Source: Macrostomum hystrix
Lineage: Eukaryota; Animalia; Platyhelminthes
Reading direction: 5' to 3'
Length of the DNA: 64,000 nt
NCBI GenBank assembly: GCA_950097015.1
Contig: CATNEN010000034.1
Span: 7,130,001 to 7,194,000 of the forward strand
Shown here: positions 21,101-33,190 of the stretch, in pieces
How positions within the stretch are numbered: the first letter of the stretch is position 1
How the letters are laid out: every line of letters begins with the position of its first letter
Made by a program: the position numbers and the translations under genes
Notes under the pieces: model-generated
Told to the model about the DNA's origin: nothing
The model's database searches: none
What the model saw: only the letters and a program-made list of their open reading frames with translations

Positions 21101-23396
21101 AGTATTCCCTCTGCTCCTTCAGGGGTGTCCTCAGTATTCCCTCTGCTCCTTCAGGGGTGTCCTCAGTATTCCCTCTGCTCCTTCAGGGGTGTCCTCAGTA
21201 TTCCCTCTGCTCCTTCAGGGGTGTCCTCAGTATACCCTCTGCTCCTTCATGGTGTCTTCAGTACTCAATCTGCTCCTTCAGGAGTACTGAAGTACAGGAG
21301 TACTGATTCTGGTGAATCCTGAGTATACCCAATGCTCCTTCAGGGCATATGATACACCCCAATGATCTTTCAGGGCATATAATACACCCCAATGCTCCTT
21401 CAGGGCATATGATACACCCCAATGATCTCTCAGGGTATATGATACACCCCAATGATCTCTCAGGGCATATGATACACCCCAATGATCTTTCAGGGCATAT
21501 GATACACCCCAATGATCTTTCAGGGCATATGATACACCCCAATGATCTTTCAGGGCATATGATACACCCCAATGATCTTTCAGGGCATATGATACACCCC
21601 AATGATCTTTCAGGGCATATAATACACCCCAATGATCTTTCAGGGCATATGATACACCCCAATGATCTCTCAGGGCATATGATACACCCCAATGATCTCT
21701 CAGGGCATATGATACACCCCAATGATCTTTCAGGGCATATGATACACCCCAATGCTCCTTCATGGCATATTGCAAGTCCCAATAACCCACAGTCCCCAAG
21801 CAGCACCTACCTGTCTAGCCCCGCTGTGCAGCAGTCTGGCGGTGACATCCAGCAGGCCAGCTGATACCTGAGCCTCGGCGCCGACTCCATTTAGTCTTAT
21901 TGAGCGCCGCATAGATAGGGAGGCTTCGCATAGCAGCGGTCGCCAATCGAATTCCGTACTGCTAACCAGTTGGCGATCCTCGCTTGAATCGTGCCGCAGC
22001 AGCACCAGATGCAACGGCTCGGACAGGCCAAGCAGGGAGGCATCGCCCAGGCCAGGCTTTGCCAGCTCCACATAGAAGGTCTCGCCAATCTTCGGATTGC
22101 TGACGCTGGCGAAGTGGCGCGAATGAAATCTCTGGCCGGCCGGGCCGTAAGCCAGGTGCAAGCTAAGCTGAGCAGTGGAATTTGAGTCCGAATCACTGCC
22201 AGAGTTTAAACTAACTAACGCGCGACCCTCGTGCACTTCTAAGGCCAGGAATATGGCGCCGCGGGACAGGCCACTGGCGACTGCTTCGTCTGTTAATGGA
22301 CATTGTTTGTTTTAGTTGGGACCAGTCATTTTTCAGACATTTCGAATGGTTTTGAATGGTCACTAAGGTTGAATTTTGAATGGTCAATTGGATGGGATTT
22401 TGAATGGTTATTTGGAAAGGAATTTGAATGGTCAATTGGATGGGATTTTGAATGGTTATTTGGAAAGGAATTTGAATGGTTATTTGGATGGGATTTTGAA
22501 TGATTAGATGGGTTAGAAGATTTTGAATGGTCATTTGGATGGGATTTTGAATGGTTAGTTGGGTGGGATTTTGAATGGTTAGTTCAGTGGGTTTAATGGT
22601 TATTTAGATAGGATTTTGAATGGCCAGTTTGTGAACTTTGTATTCTTTTTAGCAGGACTTTGAATCTATCATAAATGAATAATTTATTCTAGTTCACTGA
22701 TAAACAAGCAAAATAGAAGTTAATAATTTTTTAAAATATAACTTAATAAGTAAAATCAGAACTATATTATACTAGCTTTATAATTTTATTGTATTATATT
22801 TTATTTAACTAATATTAATTATAGAATCATTTTCCCAATTTGCCTAAAAACTATGTTTCACAATGAAAAATATTTACTTTTAGCAGAATTATTTTATAGA
22901 TTCATAAAATAAGAATGATTAGGTAGGTTTGCTTAAGATTAAGCCTACCAACTTTTCTGTTTGGCATCCAAGTAGTTCAATTGTCCCAGAAATTCCAAAA
23001 ATAAAATAGTACAATATATATGAATCAAAAAACTAAAGTAATTCTTTGTTATTGATAGTACTCACATGTTTTACCTTGTAGTTCCTTAGCTGGGAGGTTT
23101 ATTGAGGACAAATTCATTTGTGACAAGACCTTATCCTTAACTTCTTCAACAATGCTTTGCACTTCTTTATTTGAGACAAGTTCAGCTTCGAATCTTCCCT
23201 TTGGCCTGGTTGTTTCAGTATACAAATGCTCGTGGAAATCTTGACCAAGAAGATCACTGCTGAATAATTCGTTCGCATCCTGGCTAATGAGGTTTCTATC
23301 TTTGACGAGGCCCTCAATATCAATTTTTTCCAACTCTCTTTGAATAATTTCACCAAGGACTTGCAGATGATTAGCATTGTCTAGACTAAACTCCAT
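14970..23396 (-). CDS. CEP76: Centrosomal protein of 76 kDa orthologue, complete; complement(join(14970..15152,18847..19324,19906..20507,21811..22289,23066..23396)), 690 aa
   Basis: Colinear similarity to CEP76 as recalled: [14 protein letters not shown]-terminus, C2 domain, [73 protein letters not shown], and terminal [18 protein letters not shown]. Splice phases are consistent (2073 nt). Confidence 0.94.
15222..16882. repeat. 43-bp minisatellite, left arm (TTGGCCAGCCACAATCTAGAATCCTCAGAATCCTCTAGATACC), about 39 units, CEP76 intron 4
   Basis: Direct tandem units, including 34-bp deletion variants. Confidence 0.97.
16883..17995 (+). CDS. C-terminal part of retrotransposon ORF2: RNase H plus CCHC-like motif; no RT domain, no own start codon
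   Basis: [43 protein letters not shown] (D-E-D-H-D residues present); [15 protein letters not shown]; stop-free for 1.1 kb. Confidence 0.88.
   Translation: MKNTPTGFIPDKSLIPHLDYVRRDLAHIHIDPNDVDSQPPSLILRRGFSAVIPDRGSTQLDVGVNQRSQGIHCFTDGSLSNGLAGAGIAIFHEGKALLQESLHLGENTSVFQAEIYAINQCAKHLLNANVSRFNICIYSDSQAALKALSAVKLSTRTVSDCHRDLQSLAVLNRISLIWIPGHSNILGNELADKLAKDGSNPDNNHRPIRVPVPKSLINRTVDRWLNQQHQLHWSSCTDYRQTRMAMPIINRKVSDFLISLNRTDLREMCMVITGHGFFQRHISLQTGCSPTCPFCGIGKETAAHHVTFCPYFDKARNWHLGHPQGMDELTTPDNIRDLRAFVRDTGRMKVADASPANLPTAGVGWAHPQG
16883..18083 (+). mobile_element. 5'-truncated non-LTR retrotransposon (I/R1/LOA-group-like, RNase H-bearing) inserted into the 43-bp satellite
   Basis: Interrupts a unit after ...CTAGAATC; ends in a (GTAA)n tail; satellite resumes at TTGGCC, giving a ~23-bp TSD (16860-16882 = 18084-18106). 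Confidence 0.9.
18084..18772. repeat. 43-bp minisatellite, right arm, about 16 units
   Basis: Same unit as 15222-16882. Confidence 0.97.
18847..19324 (-). CDS. CEP76: CEP76 exon 4
   Basis: TTTCAG|A; [34 protein letters not shown]; CAG|GTGAGC donor. Confidence 0.93.
19430..19870. repeat. Degenerate ~21-30-bp tandem repeat rich in AGCCAATCA (CEP76 intron 3)
   Basis: Recurring CTAGCCAATCAACAGACGACA(GTAAC). Confidence 0.85.
19906..20507 (-). CDS. CEP76: CEP76 exon 3
   Basis: CTCCAG|ATT GAC; transglutaminase-like core; GG|GTAAGT donor. Confidence 0.93.
20644..21285. repeat. 32-bp minisatellite (TCCCTCTGCTCCTTCAGGGGTGTCCTCAGTAT), CEP76 intron 2
   Basis: Direct tandem units. Confidence 0.95.
21328..21765. 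repeat. 30-bp minisatellite (AATGATCTTTCAGGGCATATGATACACCCC), CEP76 intron 2
   Basis: About 14.5 direct units. Confidence 0.95.
21811..22289 (-). CDS. CEP76: CEP76 exon 2 (C2 domain)
   Basis: TTAACAG| acceptor; [43 protein letters not shown]; CAG|GTAGGT donor. Confidence 0.9.
22340..22625. repeat. Degenerate 24-bp repeat (TTTTGAATGGTTATTTGGATGGGA), CEP76 intron 1
   Basis: About 11 diverged units. Confidence 0.85.
23066..23396 (-). CDS. CEP76: CEP76 exon 1
   Basis: ATG at 23396; donor T|GTGAGT at 23066. An alternative phase-1 donor G|GTAAAA lies 9 nt earlier. Confidence 0.75.
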
Positions 23397-25086
23397 ATTG
23401 AATTAAGCAAGCACGAATTTTTATATTAAAATACAACTGCTGTGAAAGGAGTTTCACAACGCAGCTTTACAGATTGGTTGGAGGTGTAAAATCAGGCAAA
23501 CAACGTCTAAATATACCCGTTAAAATGATTTTTTAAATAAATAAAAGCCTACAAACTGTAGAATCTTTATGAAGAGCAAAAACCGTTGGTCACATATAAT
23601 TATATACGAATCGTCTGAGTTCGGAAACTCTAACTGCCCTTGCCAACCAGTTGCCAACCACTGGGCTGACCAGTTTTCTAAAAAATGTTCGCCTTGCCAA
23701 CAGTTTAAATCTGCTCGCATAACAAACAAACAACAGTGAATGACACTCGAATAATAATAGGCTTAGAGGTAGTTGCTAAATTATTTTACTAAATAAATAA
23801 ATTAATGCAGCATTTTTCATGATACACTAAAATATTGCATCACCTGTAGCAGAAAGAACTGTCAATGAATTTGTTTCTATGTTAACGAACAAGCAATGAA
23901 ATGGCGCGGATCGACTTAGAAATAGAAAAATTTACAGCATTTCCAGAATTATATGGCTGAATGGTTAGGTACCAAAAATTATTGCGTTCGGAAAAACTCT
24001 AAATTAATTTGTCTCAGCGCTCAGAATGTACGTACAACATTGCACAGCTATCTGCATCCAACAAAGAGTTGCATTTTTCTGCAGGTACAACAGTTTGGGA
24101 TCTGGAAAGAATAATTATTAATCGATTCTTTACTAAGCTTAATTGATTATCTTGTTTCGGCATGTTTTTATCCGATGTCCAGCTTTAAGTTTTAAGATAG
24201 ATTTTCAAATTAGTACCATAAATTTCGTTCTAGAGACATACAGAGACATACGGGACTTACAGTCCTCAGCAATATAGAGTATTTATTCATCTGTAAGGGA
24301 AAGAATCCGCTATCTAATGTATGTTAAAGTTATCACATCTGAAACCGCAATTCAAGTGCTAAAAAACCGTGCCTATCAGTCTGCTCTGAACACAACTTCG
24401 GTTTATATTGTGATGTCCTCTATTTTAATATTGTAGTTCATGTATCCATGGATTTTGCTCGGGACATTCTTTCCTTCGCTTTAATTATGTACTTTATCAT
24501 AGTTTATTGGGAAACCAAATAGTGTTTTCTTCTTATAGAAGTCTTCAAATCCGAAAACTGATTAACTAGCTAGCTGTCTAGCTGTCAGACAGATTGTATT
24601 CTATCGCGATCAATGCCGAATTCAGTCCCTAAGTAATCCCCACGAAATAAATACAGATCAAACTATCTGACGTTTGTGCAAATTTTGTCATGCCGGCTTA
24701 GCCGGAGCAATTTCAGTGCTGCGTCGGTAAAGCTTTACAGATTATCCATGTTCTTTTTCTCCTGAGAAACTGAGGACTACTTACTCATAGACTGCATAAA
24801 GTAAAGACGCGATTAACTATGTTGCAATCTTATTTTTCTATAGAATGGAGAAGAAAGTAGATGAACCGTGACGAGGGGAGCTGTGCAGTCGTCGCATACT
24901 CCAGCTTGCAATCGCCTTCCGCTATCTTCCCAGCGAAGGCGCCACGAAAACACGCTGTAATTAAAATTGATTTTTAATTGCAGCCGTGTAGACTACTAGA
25001 TTGTGAGTAGATTAGGCTCGATAAAACCTGTTCTTGCTCAAAGGTCCGTTCTTGATCCTTAGTCAAAATCAAACAACGAATAACAG

Positions 25087-26068
25087 GATATCAAACTACC
25101 GTGATATCAAACTACCATGATATCAAACTACCGTGATATCAAACTACCGTGATATCAAACTACCATGATATCAAACTACCGTGATATCAAACTACCATGA
25201 TATCAAACTACCATGATATCAAACTACCATGATATCAAACTACCATGATATCAAACTACCATGATATCAAACTACCGTGATATCAAACTACCATGATATC
25301 AAACTACCATGATATCAAACTACCATGATATCAAACTACCGTGATATCAAACTACCATGATATCAAACTACCATGATATCAAACTACCATGATATCAAAC
25401 TACCATGATATCAAACTACCATGATATCAAACTACCATGATATCAAACTACCGTGATATCAAACTACCATGATATCAAACTACCATGATATCAAACTACC
25501 ATGATATCAAACTACCGTGATATCAAACTACCATGATATCAAACTACCGTGATATCAAACTACCATGATATCAAACTACCATGATATCAAACTACCATGA
25601 TATCAAACTACCATGATATCAAACTACCGTGGTATCAAACTACCATGATACGCTCGTATCAAACTACCGTGATATCAAACTACCATGATATCAAACTACC
25701 ATGATATCAAACTACCATGATATCAAACTACCATGATATCAAACTACCATGATATCAAACTACCATGATATCAAACTACCATGATATCAAACTACCGTGA
25801 TATCAAACTACCATGATATCAAACTACCATGATATCAAACTACCATGATATCAAACTACCATGATATCAAACTACCATGATATCAAACTACCATGATATC
25901 AAACTACCGTGATATCAAACTACCATGATATCAAACTACCATGATATCAAACTACCATGATATCAAACTACCATGATATCAAACTACCATGATATCAAAC
26001 TACCATGATATCGAACTACCGTGATATCAAACTACCGTGATATCAAACTACCGTGATATCAAACTACC
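25087..26068. repeat. 16-bp minisatellite (GATATCAAACTACCRT), about 61 units, intergenic
   Basis: Near-perfect tandem units. Confidence 0.97.
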
Positions 26069-26099
26069 AACCTTCATAATTTTTGTGAGAATCTACACC

Positions 26100-26651
26100 C
26101 GCTTAAGTCCTATAACTAATCAGTTTCTGTTCAGTTGCGCGAAAGTGGAGCTTGAGTTCGCGGACACTAGAGTTTCGCAGTCTTATTTCTCGCCAGTCGG
26201 AAAATCAGTTGTCATCCACGCGACATTTTATCGATTTCGCTCGCGCGGATTCAGATTACAGTAGTCGGCCCGGCCTGACAAGCAGTCGTCTTCGTGTCTG
26301 AGAGGATTTCAATTCGCGCCACAATCCAACTCCCTATAGACGATTATCTTCCCAACATCCGATGTGGAAACGCCCGATTAAAGAGATCATTTTGCCCAAC
26401 CACCTGCAGAAAAACGAAGAAGCTCAGGGCTTCAGGGGGCAGACCCAGTGACAAACGATTGCTAGAAAACCTCAATGTAGTCAAATTCAAATATAAAGCA
26501 AAGTCTGCATTCCTATTCCAAAAATAGGAGCTCCCGCTCTAGTTTCGCGGACTGGCTTGCATCAGCAGTGTCTGGCAAAGAGGATCCTGGCAGCTCAGAC
26601 TGTCGCAACTGCCGTTGCGGCTTTGAGCACCGTGAAAATCAGCTTCTTAAG
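26100..26651 (+). other. Possible non-coding first exon of the TRPC gene (5' boundary uncertain)
   Basis: GC-richer unique segment ending at a strong donor AG|GTAAGG (26651/26652); candidate acceptor ..CTGGCAG| at 35335, upstream of the TRPC ATG. Inference only. Confidence 0.3.
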
Positions 26652-26774
26652 GTAAGGAAAACTGCTTTGAAGTATTTTGTGTGCATTTAGTTAATAAGTG
26701 ATTCATACTCGTATTAGTTAATATTGGCAGGAGGTCTGTGGACACTGGTACTAAATTTGGTGTACAATATTTCG

Positions 26775-26996
26775 TAAAAGATGTTTCGGAAAAGACAGTT
26801 TTGGAAAAGACAGTTTCGGAAAAGACAGTTTCGGGAAAGGGAGTTCAGGAAAAGACAGTGTCGGAAAAGAGAATTTCGGAAAAGACAGTGTCGGAAAACT
26901 GAGTTTCGGAAATCATAAAATATATTTTCGGAAGAGCATTTTGGAAAATACGAAAATACGAAACGTCTTTCGGAAAAATTTTTTTTAGCAGTAAGA
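26775..26996 (+). repeat. Dispersed element copy A: short array of 15-bp GAAAAGACAGTTTCG plus conserved tail
   Basis: Tail ATATTTTCGGAAGAGCATTTTGGAAAATACGAAAATACGAAACGTCTTTCGGAAAA..TTTTTAGCAGTAAG shared with the copy ending near 29888. Confidence 0.85.
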
Positions 26997-27039
26997 CCTG
27001 CAGCCTGCGAGGAGGTAACTCTGCCCGTCTGGCTGACTC

Positions 27040-27271
27040 CTGAGCACATACTCACACTGGTGAGTACATCTGCCCTGACTTTCTCGTTGTCAGGCAGTGA
27101 GTGAAAACTTTCGCTGTGCCTTGGAGGTTGGCCATGAAGGGTGTAAATTGCACAAGCCCCCAAGCCTTCTCTCAGCGGCTGCGCCCCAACTGAATGTGGC
27201 CTCGCCGCGGAATCGAGCTCGAGGACCTTTGTGCGAGAGTCAAACGCGTTAGACCGCTCGGCAACTCACCC
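27040..27271 (-). mobile_element. tRNA-derived SINE, copy 2
   Basis: Minus strand: A box TTGCCGAGCGG (27264-27254) followed by tRNA-Leu-like TCTAACGCG; B-box-like AGCTCGATTCC (27219-27209); body homologous to 61814-62040. Confidence 0.8.
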
Positions 27272-27844
27272 ACAGCAGATGAGCGAATTATTTTGCACTT
27301 TTCATAGCCCCTTTACATTGATGAACTACTTATTAGGTAATAGTGTAAAAAGTAAAGGCGGAATGGATAAGATAAAAGATAAGATAACGCTTTGAAAGCT
27401 TCTCTAATTCAAGTGAGAAACCGTCTAGGAATTGAAAGCATCTGCAGTCGATGACGCTGAGAATCTGTGTCAGATCAGACAGAGTCAGACGAGTGTCTGG
27501 GTAAATGCCTGTGGCCTCGGGGTTTTCCGCGAAGCCATGCGGAGTGGGAGGTCGATGGGCAGATAATCTATGACAAGCAGCCTCCACTCCGTTTCTGCCT
27601 GTTTTACCCCTGACTTTTTTATCCATTTTTTCTTTGAAAGTCTTCAATGCCAATGCCACCTCCAGAGCTAACCTACAGGAAACACAGGAACGGAATATAA
27701 CATTGCGAAGAAGGATAGAGAATAAAAGCCATTTGCTTCGAAGCAGGGCGCATATAGAAAATGCGACTAGCAAGAATAAAGTGAGGGCGAAACCACAGGC
27801 CAAAGATCTGGAATAATCCGAATAAAGTCTGCCAGAAAAGATGC

Positions 27845-28530
27845 AGGGAGAGAGAATGAGAGAGGGAGATACAGGGAGAGAGAAGGAGAGAGGGAGATAC
27901 AGGGAGAGAGAAGGAGAGAGGGAGATACAGGGATAGAGAAGGAGAGAGGGAGATACAGGGAGAGAGAAGGAGAGAGGGAGATACAGGGAGAGAGAAGGAG
28001 AGAGGGAGATACAGGGATAGAGAAGGAGAGAGGGAGATACAGGGATAGAGAAGGAGAGAGGGAGATACAGGGAGAGAGAAGGAGAGAGGGAGATACAGGG
28101 AGAGAGAAGGAGAGAGGGAGATACAGGGATAGAGAAGGAGAGAGGGAGATACAGGGAGAGAGAAGGAGAGAGGGAGATACAGGGATAGAGAAGGAGAGAG
28201 GGAGATACAGGGAGAGAGAAGGAGAGAGGGAGATACAGGGAGAGAGAAGGAGAGAGGGAGATACAGGGAGAGAGAAGGAGAGAGGGAGATACAGGGATAG
28301 AGAAGGAGAGAGGGAGATACAGGGAGAGAGAAGGAGAGAGGGAGATACAGGGATGGAGAAGGAGAGAGGGAGATACAGGGAGAGAGAAGGAGAGAGGGAG
28401 ATACAGGGATAGAGAAGGAGAGAGGGAGATACAGGGAGAGATAAGGAGAGAGGGAGATACAGGGAGAGAGAAGGAGAGAGGGAGATACAGGGAGAGAGAA
28501 GGAGAGAGGGAGATACAGGGAGAGAGAGAG
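27845..28530. repeat. 28-bp purine-rich minisatellite (AGGGAGAGAGAAGGAGAGAGGGAGATAC)
   Basis: Direct tandem units. Confidence 0.95.
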
Positions 28531-29174
28531 AGGAAGAGAGAAATAGTCTCATAAAATTGGTCTGCACTTTAATAGACAGTGCGCCACGTTTACTTGTTGC
28601 AGCTAGCATTTCTAGCTACCTGGAATAGTTTAATCAAAAACAGAGTAAAAATTATGTCTCCCGTCTATGGGCAATGCGCAATTGATCCGTGTGAATTTTT
28701 AGTCGAAATAATCCCCAATCGAGGTTTAAATTAGGATTTTCTTTTTAAAGCAAACAACCTGAATTTTCAGTCGAGCCGCAGCTATTGCATAAAAATTAGC
28801 TGACTGCCATCAATCTTGGATTCCTGTGCTAGGATAATCAGAAAAGGGTTATCGCTGTAATTTAGAACACCTTAAAACTTACAACCCACCGACAACATTT
28901 TAATTATGGAGCCGCTATTTATCCAACTTTAAGCAATAAACTTTTCTCGTACGTCTGCATCATATTCTATGCCTAGATCCAAAATCACGTCTGGTTTGGG
29001 TATTCTATTATAACTATTAAAGCGGTATGCATCGTACTGGAAGACAGTACTCTTAACTTTCATTTTAAGTTACCGAAAGCAACATTTTAATCAGAAAGAG
29101 AGTTTTCTGAAGAGAATTTCTGGAAATTTGATGAGCAATCATCCATGAACAGATTTTTTGAGAAACTTCGGGAA

Positions 29175-29888
29175 AAATATTTTTCAGGAAAGACAGTTTC
29201 GGAAAAGACAGTTTCGGAAAAGAGTGTTTCGGCAAAGACGGTTTCGGAAAAGAGAGTTTCGGAAAAGGGAGTTCAGGAAAAGACAGTTTCGGAAAAGAAA
29301 GTTTCGGAAAAGAGAGTTTCGGAAAAGGGAGTTCAGGAAAAGACGGTTTCGGAAAAGAAAGTTTCGGAAAAGACAGTTTCGGAAAAGACGTTTTCGGAAA
29401 AGACAGTTTCGGAAAAGAAAGTTTCGAAAAAGACAGTTTCGGGAAAGGGAGTTCAGGAAAAGACAGTTTCGGGAAAGACAGTTTCGGAAAAGACGTTTTC
29501 GGAAAAGACAGTTTCGGAAAAGAAAGTTTCGGAAAAGAAAGTTTCGGAAAAGACAGTTTCGGAAAAGACAGTTTCGGAAAAGAAAGTTTCGGAAAAGAAA
29601 GTTTCGGAAAAGACAGTTTCGGAAAAGACAGTTTCGGAAAAGAAAGTTTCGAAAAAGACAGTTTCGGGAAAGACAGTTCAGGAAAAGACAGTTTCGGGAA
29701 AGACAGTTTCGGGAAAGACAGTTCAGGAAAAGACAGTTTCGGGAAAGACAGTTTCGGGAAAGGGAGTTCAGTTAAAGACATTCTCGGAAAATTGAGCTTC
29801 GTAAATCAGGAAAGATATTTTCGGAAGAGCATTTTGGAAAATACGAAAATACGAAACGTCTTTCGGAAAAAGTGTTTTTAGCAGTAAG
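29175..29888 (+). repeat. Dispersed element copy B: about 40 x 15-bp GAAAAGACAGTTTCG plus conserved tail
   Basis: Same unit and 3' tail as 26775-26996. Confidence 0.92.
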
Positions 29889-30584
29889 TTAAAATAAGAT
29901 ACTGGACTTTTTGGGATTTCATAAATCAGGAAGTTCTTAGAGGCATGATTTCGGCAAAGAAAACTTCAGGGGGTAGAGAGATTTCAGTGTTCTAAAATTC
30001 TTAGAGAATATAAATTTCAGAAAAATGAATAAATTTCTATTCTATAAAACAACAAAATTGGAGCATGAACTTACCAAAAGAAATGAGTAGCAGCTAGTTA
30101 ATTTCTATGATCCGAAAGGGCCAATGAATGCAAAAGTACCTCGCCGTGATTTTCAATTAGAAGGCACTCGAAATCTCCCGATGTGGTGGGAGTCAGTCAG
30201 GCGTGGCGCAGCTGCCGCTGGGCCCCCTGGTGCTCGATTTATCACTCATCTGAGAGCCCCCACTTGGAAATTCCGCGCTGCCGCCTCTGGGAGCTAAAAA
30301 GAAGGTTTAACGATAGGGCCAGAAAATGATCCCCGGATACTAAGCGGCAACATCACTCCCCCTGGCTATGGGGATAGTGACGAATTTTATCACTACAAAT
30401 TCATCAGCGAGGTTGAAATAAGTGGCACAAACTTATCTGTCGTAGCGCGCTGATTGTTGATGTCGAATTTTGGAGAGGGGAACACTGTAGATAGTGTAGT
30501 CTAGAATCTAGACATCACTCGAGTTTTGCATGCCAATTGTGGGCCCGTATTGCCGTAAGTCTTCCCAAGAACTGCACTCACACA

Positions 30585-32105
30585 TTGTCTCCTCTCTCCT
30601 TTCACTCCTGTCTCCTCTCTCCTCTCACTCCTGTCTCCTCTCTCCTCTCACTCCTGTCTCCTCTCTCCTCTCACTCCTGTCTCCTCTCTCCTCTCACTCC
30701 TGTCTCCTCTCTTCTCTCACTCCTGTCTCCTCTCTTCTCTCACTCCTGTCTCCTCTCTTCTCTCACTCCTGTCTCCTCTCTCCTCTCACTCCTGTCTCCT
30801 CTCTTCTCTCACTCCTGTCTCCTCTCTTCTCTCACTCCTGTCTCCTCTCTTCTCTCACTCCTGTCTCCTCTCTTCTCTCACTCCTGTCTCCTCTCTCCTC
30901 TCACTCCTGTCTCCTCTCTCCTCTCACTCCTGTCTCCTCTCTCCTCTCACTCCTGTCTCCTCTCTCCTCTCACTCCTGTCTCCTCTCTCCTCTCACTCCT
31001 GTCTCCTCTCTTCTCTCACTCCTGTCTCCTCTCTTCTCTCACTCCTGTCTCCTCTCCTCTCACTCCTGTCTCCTCTCTTCTCTCACTCCTGTCTCCTCTC
31101 TCCCCTCACTCCTGTCTCCTCTCTCCCCTCACTTCTGTCTCCTCTCTCCTCTCACTCCTGTCTCCTCTCTCCTCTCACTCCTGTCTCCGGTCTCCTCTCA
31201 CTCCTGTCTCCGGTCTCCTCTCACTCCTGTCTCCGGTCTCCCCTCACTCCTGTCTCCTCTCTCCCCTCACTTCTGTCTCCTCTCTCCTCTCACTCCTGTC
31301 TCCTCTCTCCTCTCACTCCTGTCTCCTCTCTCCTCTCACTCCTGTCTCCTCTCTCCTCTCACTCCTGTCTCCTCTCTCCTCTCACTCCTGTCTCCTCTCT
31401 CCTCTCACTCCTGTCTCCTCTCTCCTCTCACTCCTGTCTCCTCTCTTCTCTCACTCCTGTCTCCTCTCCTCTCACTCCTGTCTCCTCTCTTCTCTCACTC
31501 CTGTCTCCTCTCTCCCCTCACTCCTGTCTCCTCTCTCCCCTCACTTCTGTCTCCTCTCTCCTCTCACTCCTGTCTCCTCTCTCCTCTCACTCCTGTCTCC
31601 GGTCTCCTCTCACTCCTGTCTCCGGTCTCCTCTCACTCCTGTCTCCGGTCTCGTCTCACTCCTGTCTCCGGTCTCCTCTCACTCCTGTCTCCGGTCTCCT
31701 CTCACTCCTGTCTCCTCTCTTCTCTCACTCCTGTCTCCTCTCTCCTCTCACTCCTGTCTCCTCTCTTCTCTCACTCCTGTCTCCTCTCTTCTCTCACTCC
31801 TGTCTCCTCTCTCCTCTCACTCCTGTCTCCTCTCTCCTCTCACTCCTGTCTCCTCTCTTCTCTCACTCCTGTCTCCTCTCTTCTCTCACTCCTGTCTCCT
31901 CTCACTCCTGTCTCCTCTCTCCTCTCACTCCTGTCTCCTGTCTCCTCTCACTCCTGTCTCCTCTCTCCTCTCACTCCTGTCTCCGGTCTCCTCTCACTCC
32001 TGTCTCCTCTCTCCTCTCACTCCTGTCTCCTCTCCTCTCACTCCTGTCTCCTCTCCTCTCACTCCTGTCTGCTCTCCTCTCACTCCTGTCTCCTCTCTCC
32101 TCTCT
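30585..32105. repeat. 23-bp pyrimidine-rich minisatellite (CTCTCACTCCTGTCTCCTCTCTC)
   Basis: About 65 direct units. Confidence 0.97.
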
Positions 32106-32716
32106 CCTCCCACCGTTGTCTCCACACTGCACCAACCTCAAGCATAGCATAAGAATGAATTCTTCAAAATCGCACAGTCAGATGCGACAGTCCCAATGTA
32201 TTAAGCCACAAACCCGCACTCTTACAAGCGCACAGAGGGAAAAGTTGGTGTGTTGGGATCAACCAGTCGTAGTGGGGAGGTGGGGCAAAATGAAAGCACG
32301 AGAGACGCGTTAAGTCAGTGAGGAAATTGAAGGCAGAGGTGGACCAATGGCGGTCGCGGCTGACCGATCCGGGTTGGCATCGGGTTGGCTAATCCCAGGC
32401 TGTGCTTCTGCGTTGGGGTGGGTGCGACAAAAACTTGCCTTGAATTCTTACTAAATTCAGGGCTCATTGGAATCTTATTATATTATTACAGCGAAGGCTA
32501 GCCACTGTCTTCTGGGAAGGAAATAATAAGAACGATTGACAATATTTATCCATAAAATTTTACAATACAGTCATGCTACTCACATTCAAGCTAAGCAGTG
32601 CTCAGAGCGGATGAGCTGACGATTTGTCCAGGTGAGATGCGCTAGTTTGTTCTCTGGAATCCAGCCAAAAACTCTGGTAAGCGCTTTCATAGCCGGGAGT
32701 GGTTTAATGCCCCCAT

Positions 32717-33190
32717 CTGGTCTCATCTCCCCTGGTCTCATCTCCCCTGGTCTCATCTCCCCTGGTCTCATCTCCCCTGGTCTCATCTCCCCTGGTCTCA
32801 TCTCCCCTGGTCTCATCTCCCCTGGTCTCATCTCCCCTGGTCTCATCTCCCCTGGTCTCATCTCCCCTGGTCTCATCTCCCCTGGTCTCATCTCCCCTGG
32901 TCTCATCTCCCCTGGTCTCATCTCCCCTGGTCTCATCTCCCCTGGTCTCATCTCCCCTGGTCTCATCTCCCCTGGTCTCATCCCCCTTGGTCTCGTTTCC
33001 CCTGGTCTCTTCTCTCCCCTGGTCTCATCTCCCCTGGCCTGATCTCCCCTGGTCTCATCTCCCCTGGTCTCATCTCCCCTGGTCTCTTCTCTCCCCTGGT
33101 CTCATCTCTCCCCTGGTCTCATCTCCCCTGGTCTCATCTCTCCCCTGGTCTCATCTCTCCCCTGGTCTCATCTCCCCTGGTCTCATCTCT
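32717..33190. repeat. 15-bp minisatellite (GGTCTCATCTCCCCT)
   Basis: Perfect units at the 5' end, degenerating toward the 3' end. Confidence 0.96.
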
